DNA of 48,268 nt, taken from assembly GCA_033763905.1 (NCBI GenBank), contig JANRJP010000083.1, positions 1 to 48,268 on the forward strand, in the 5' to 3' direction. This DNA comes from Gemmatimonadaceae bacterium. Lineage in GTDB: Bacteria; Gemmatimonadota; Gemmatimonadetes; Gemmatimonadales; Gemmatimonadaceae. Both the position numbers and the translations under genes were made by a program. Within the stretch, counting starts at the first letter, position 1; each line of letters opens with the position of its first letter. Shown here one piece after another: positions 46,434 through 48,268 of this stretch. The notes below the pieces were generated by a model. It was not told where the DNA came from, searched no databases, and was given only the letters and a program-made list of their open reading frames with translations.

Positions 46434-47954
46434 ATGCCACCGCTCCGCCTTACCTCGATTCCTGTCGCACTGGCGCTCGTGCTGCTCGGCACGGGCGCCC
46501 TCGCGTTGCCCTCCACCGGTGCCGCGCAGCCCGCGACGTTCGCGTCGGAGGCCATTCCGCGGCGCGAGTACGGCGAGCGACGGCGTGCCGTCACACAAGC
46601 GCTCGACAGTGGGGTGGTGCTCGTCGCCGGTGCCCGGGATCCGGTGGTGCACTGGCCGCCTTTCTATCAGTTGCCGGCGTTCCGGTACCTCACCGGCTAT
46701 CTGCTCCCGGACGCCACGCTGGTGTTGGTCAAGCAACGGGCGCAGACACGCGGCGTGCTGTTCGTGCCGGCGACCAATCTCCGCACCGCGCTCTACGACG
46801 GCCGCGTCACCGATCCCGTCGCGCTATCCGCGCAGACCGGGCTGGATGTTCGCTACACCACGCAGCTCCCGCGGCTGCTCGACTCGCTCGCCACGTCGGG
46901 ACTCCCATGGTATCCCGTCACTGACGCGCAGGCCAACGAGTTCACGGCGCGCGACTCGCTGACGTTTCTGCGCGCGCTCGTCCGCCGGTACGCCGCCGCC
47001 CATCCCGCGCTGACGGTCCGTGACGGCACGCCGCTCGTCGACTACCTGCGCGCGAAGAAATCCGCCGCCGAAGAGCAGGTGCTGCGCCGAGCCGTGGCCA
47101 TCAGCGACTCGGGCCACGTCGCGGCGATGCGTGCAATTCGGCCCGGCCTGACCGAGTACCAGGTCCAGGCCGAGATGGAGTACGCGTTCCGTCGCCTTGG
47201 CGGGGATCGGCCCGGATACGCCAGCATCGTGGGTACCGGCAGCAACAGCACGCTCCTGCACTACGACGCCGGGGATCGCGTGCTCAAGGCGGGCGAAGTC
47301 ATTCTGATGGACGTGGCGGTGCAGTACGACGGCTATTCCGCTGATGTCACGCGCACCGTGCCGGTCACGGGCCGCTACACCGCCGAGCAGCGCGCCGTGT
47401 ACGAGATCGTTCTCGCCGCGCAGAAGGCCTTCGAGCGTCAGATTCGCCCGGGCACGCCGTCCGCACTGCCCAATGATTCGTCGCGCCGCGTCTTGATCGC
47501 GGGAATGGAGCGTCTGGGCTTGATCGAGTCTGCGACGGCGACCTTCGACGCGCCTGACGGCCTGTGCCCGGCGCGTGCGTGGATTCGCAAGGACGGAGAG
47601 CCCTGCCCGCAGTGGTACCTGTACAGCTACCACGGCTACAGCCACGGCATCGGGCTCGACGTGCACGATCCGGCGCAGTTCGCCGATCACCCCTCGCGCA
47701 CGTACGAGCTCGGCGATGTGTTCACGATCGAGCCCGGCCTGTACGTGCGGCGGGACGCGCTCAAGGGCCTGCCCGACACGCCGCGCAATCGACAGTTCAT
47801 CGCCGCCGTGCAACGCGCCGTGGCCAAGTACGCCGACACCGGCGTGCGCATCGAAGACGACTACCGCGTGACGCCATCGGGCATCGAGCGGCTGTCGCAG
47901 GCCCCGCGCGAGATCCCGGAGATCGAAGCCCTGATGCGGCGCGTGCAACCCTGA
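46434..47954 (+). CDS. Secreted Xaa-Pro aminopeptidase (M24B)
   Basis: Signal peptide; LHY, MDVA..YDGYSADVTRT, HGIGLDVHD, TIEPG, GVRIEDD. Confidence 0.94.
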   Translation: MPPLRLTSIPVALALVLLGTGALALPSTGAAQPATFASEAIPRREYGERRRAVTQALDSGVVLVAGARDPVVHWPPFYQLPAFRYLTGYLLPDATLVLVKQRAQTRGVLFVPATNLRTALYDGRVTDPVALSAQTGLDVRYTTQLPRLLDSLATSGLPWYPVTDAQANEFTARDSLTFLRALVRRYAAAHPALTVRDGTPLVDYLRAKKSAAEEQVLRRAVAISDSGHVAAMRAIRPGLTEYQVQAEMEYAFRRLGGDRPGYASIVGTGSNSTLLHYDAGDRVLKAGEVILMDVAVQYDGYSADVTRTVPVTGRYTAEQRAVYEIVLAAQKAFERQIRPGTPSALPNDSSRRVLIAGMERLGLIESATATFDAPDGLCPARAWIRKDGEPCPQWYLYSYHGYSHGIGLDVHDPAQFADHPSRTYELGDVFTIEPGLYVRRDALKGLPDTPRNRQFIAAVQRAVAKYADTGVRIEDDYRVTPSGIERLSQAPREIPEIEALMRRVQP

Positions 47955-47976
47955 CCGCGGCGCGGAACCGTCGGGC

Positions 47977-48268
47977 TCAACGCAGGAGTCGACTCACGCC
48001 CACGAACGCGGCATTGCCGAAGCGGCGGTATCTGGTGCCGCCGTCGGTGCCCGGCGTGGGCGTGACGTGTTCGAACACGAAGTGGTTGAGCCCGACGCGC
48101 AGTCTGACGTCGCGCCGCAGGTCGTACGCGACGAAGAACTCGCTCGCGAGCGTGCCGCGATCCCGCGTGCCGACGAGGAAGAGGTTGCGAGCCGTGGGCG
48201 TGCTGGACACCGTCTGATCCGGAGGGCCGCTCAGGAGCCGTAGCCGGCTGATCTGCGACGTCCCGAAG
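47977..48268 (-). CDS. C-terminal fragment of a hypothetical protein (possible beta-barrel); 5' end outside window
   Basis: Frame open to the window edge; alternating hydrophobic strands VRLRVGLNHF and AFVGVSRL. Confidence 0.55.
   Translation of the reverse strand, partial: FGTSQISRLRLLSGPPDQTVSSTPTARNLFLVGTRDRGTLASEFFVAYDLRRDVRLRVGLNHFVFEHVTPTPGTDGGTRYRRFGNAAFVGVSRLLR

Overview
GC-rich bacterial chromosomal segment of about 50 tightly packed genes. Gene content (PorX-like regulator, stand-alone PASTA protein, lipid A acyltransferase, many secreted peptidases and beta-barrels) suggests a diderm of the Gemmatimonadota/FCB neighbourhood; this is an inference, not a database result. Most of the window is housekeeping: ilvE, PBP1A, tyrS, msbA-like/lpxL-like, yebC-ruvC-ruvA, ruvB-queA-tgt-yajC-def-fmt-thiE-thiS-thiG-rsmB-PASTA-rpe-tlpA-tsaD, then a hydrolase-rich right end. 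I saw no rRNA, tRNA, CRISPR array, transposase or integrase. Non-routine signals: (1) three tandem membrane paralogs sharing a 'R.EQ.(V/I)DA...[14 protein letters not shown]' motif, followed by an orphan sigma54 activator, a -24/-12 promoter and an Omp85-like barrel; (2) a structured, switch-like leader with an intrinsic terminator directly in front of an HNH nuclease; (3) a truncated DnaB-like ATPase coupled to a TPR/CsgG-like lipoprotein and a beta-barrel; (4) a lipoprotein plus barrel pair with its own promoter and hairpin between ruvA and ruvB; (5) a recurring TANNNT-N6-8-start motif suggesting widespread leaderless mRNAs. Start codons were refined by eye from the ORF track.
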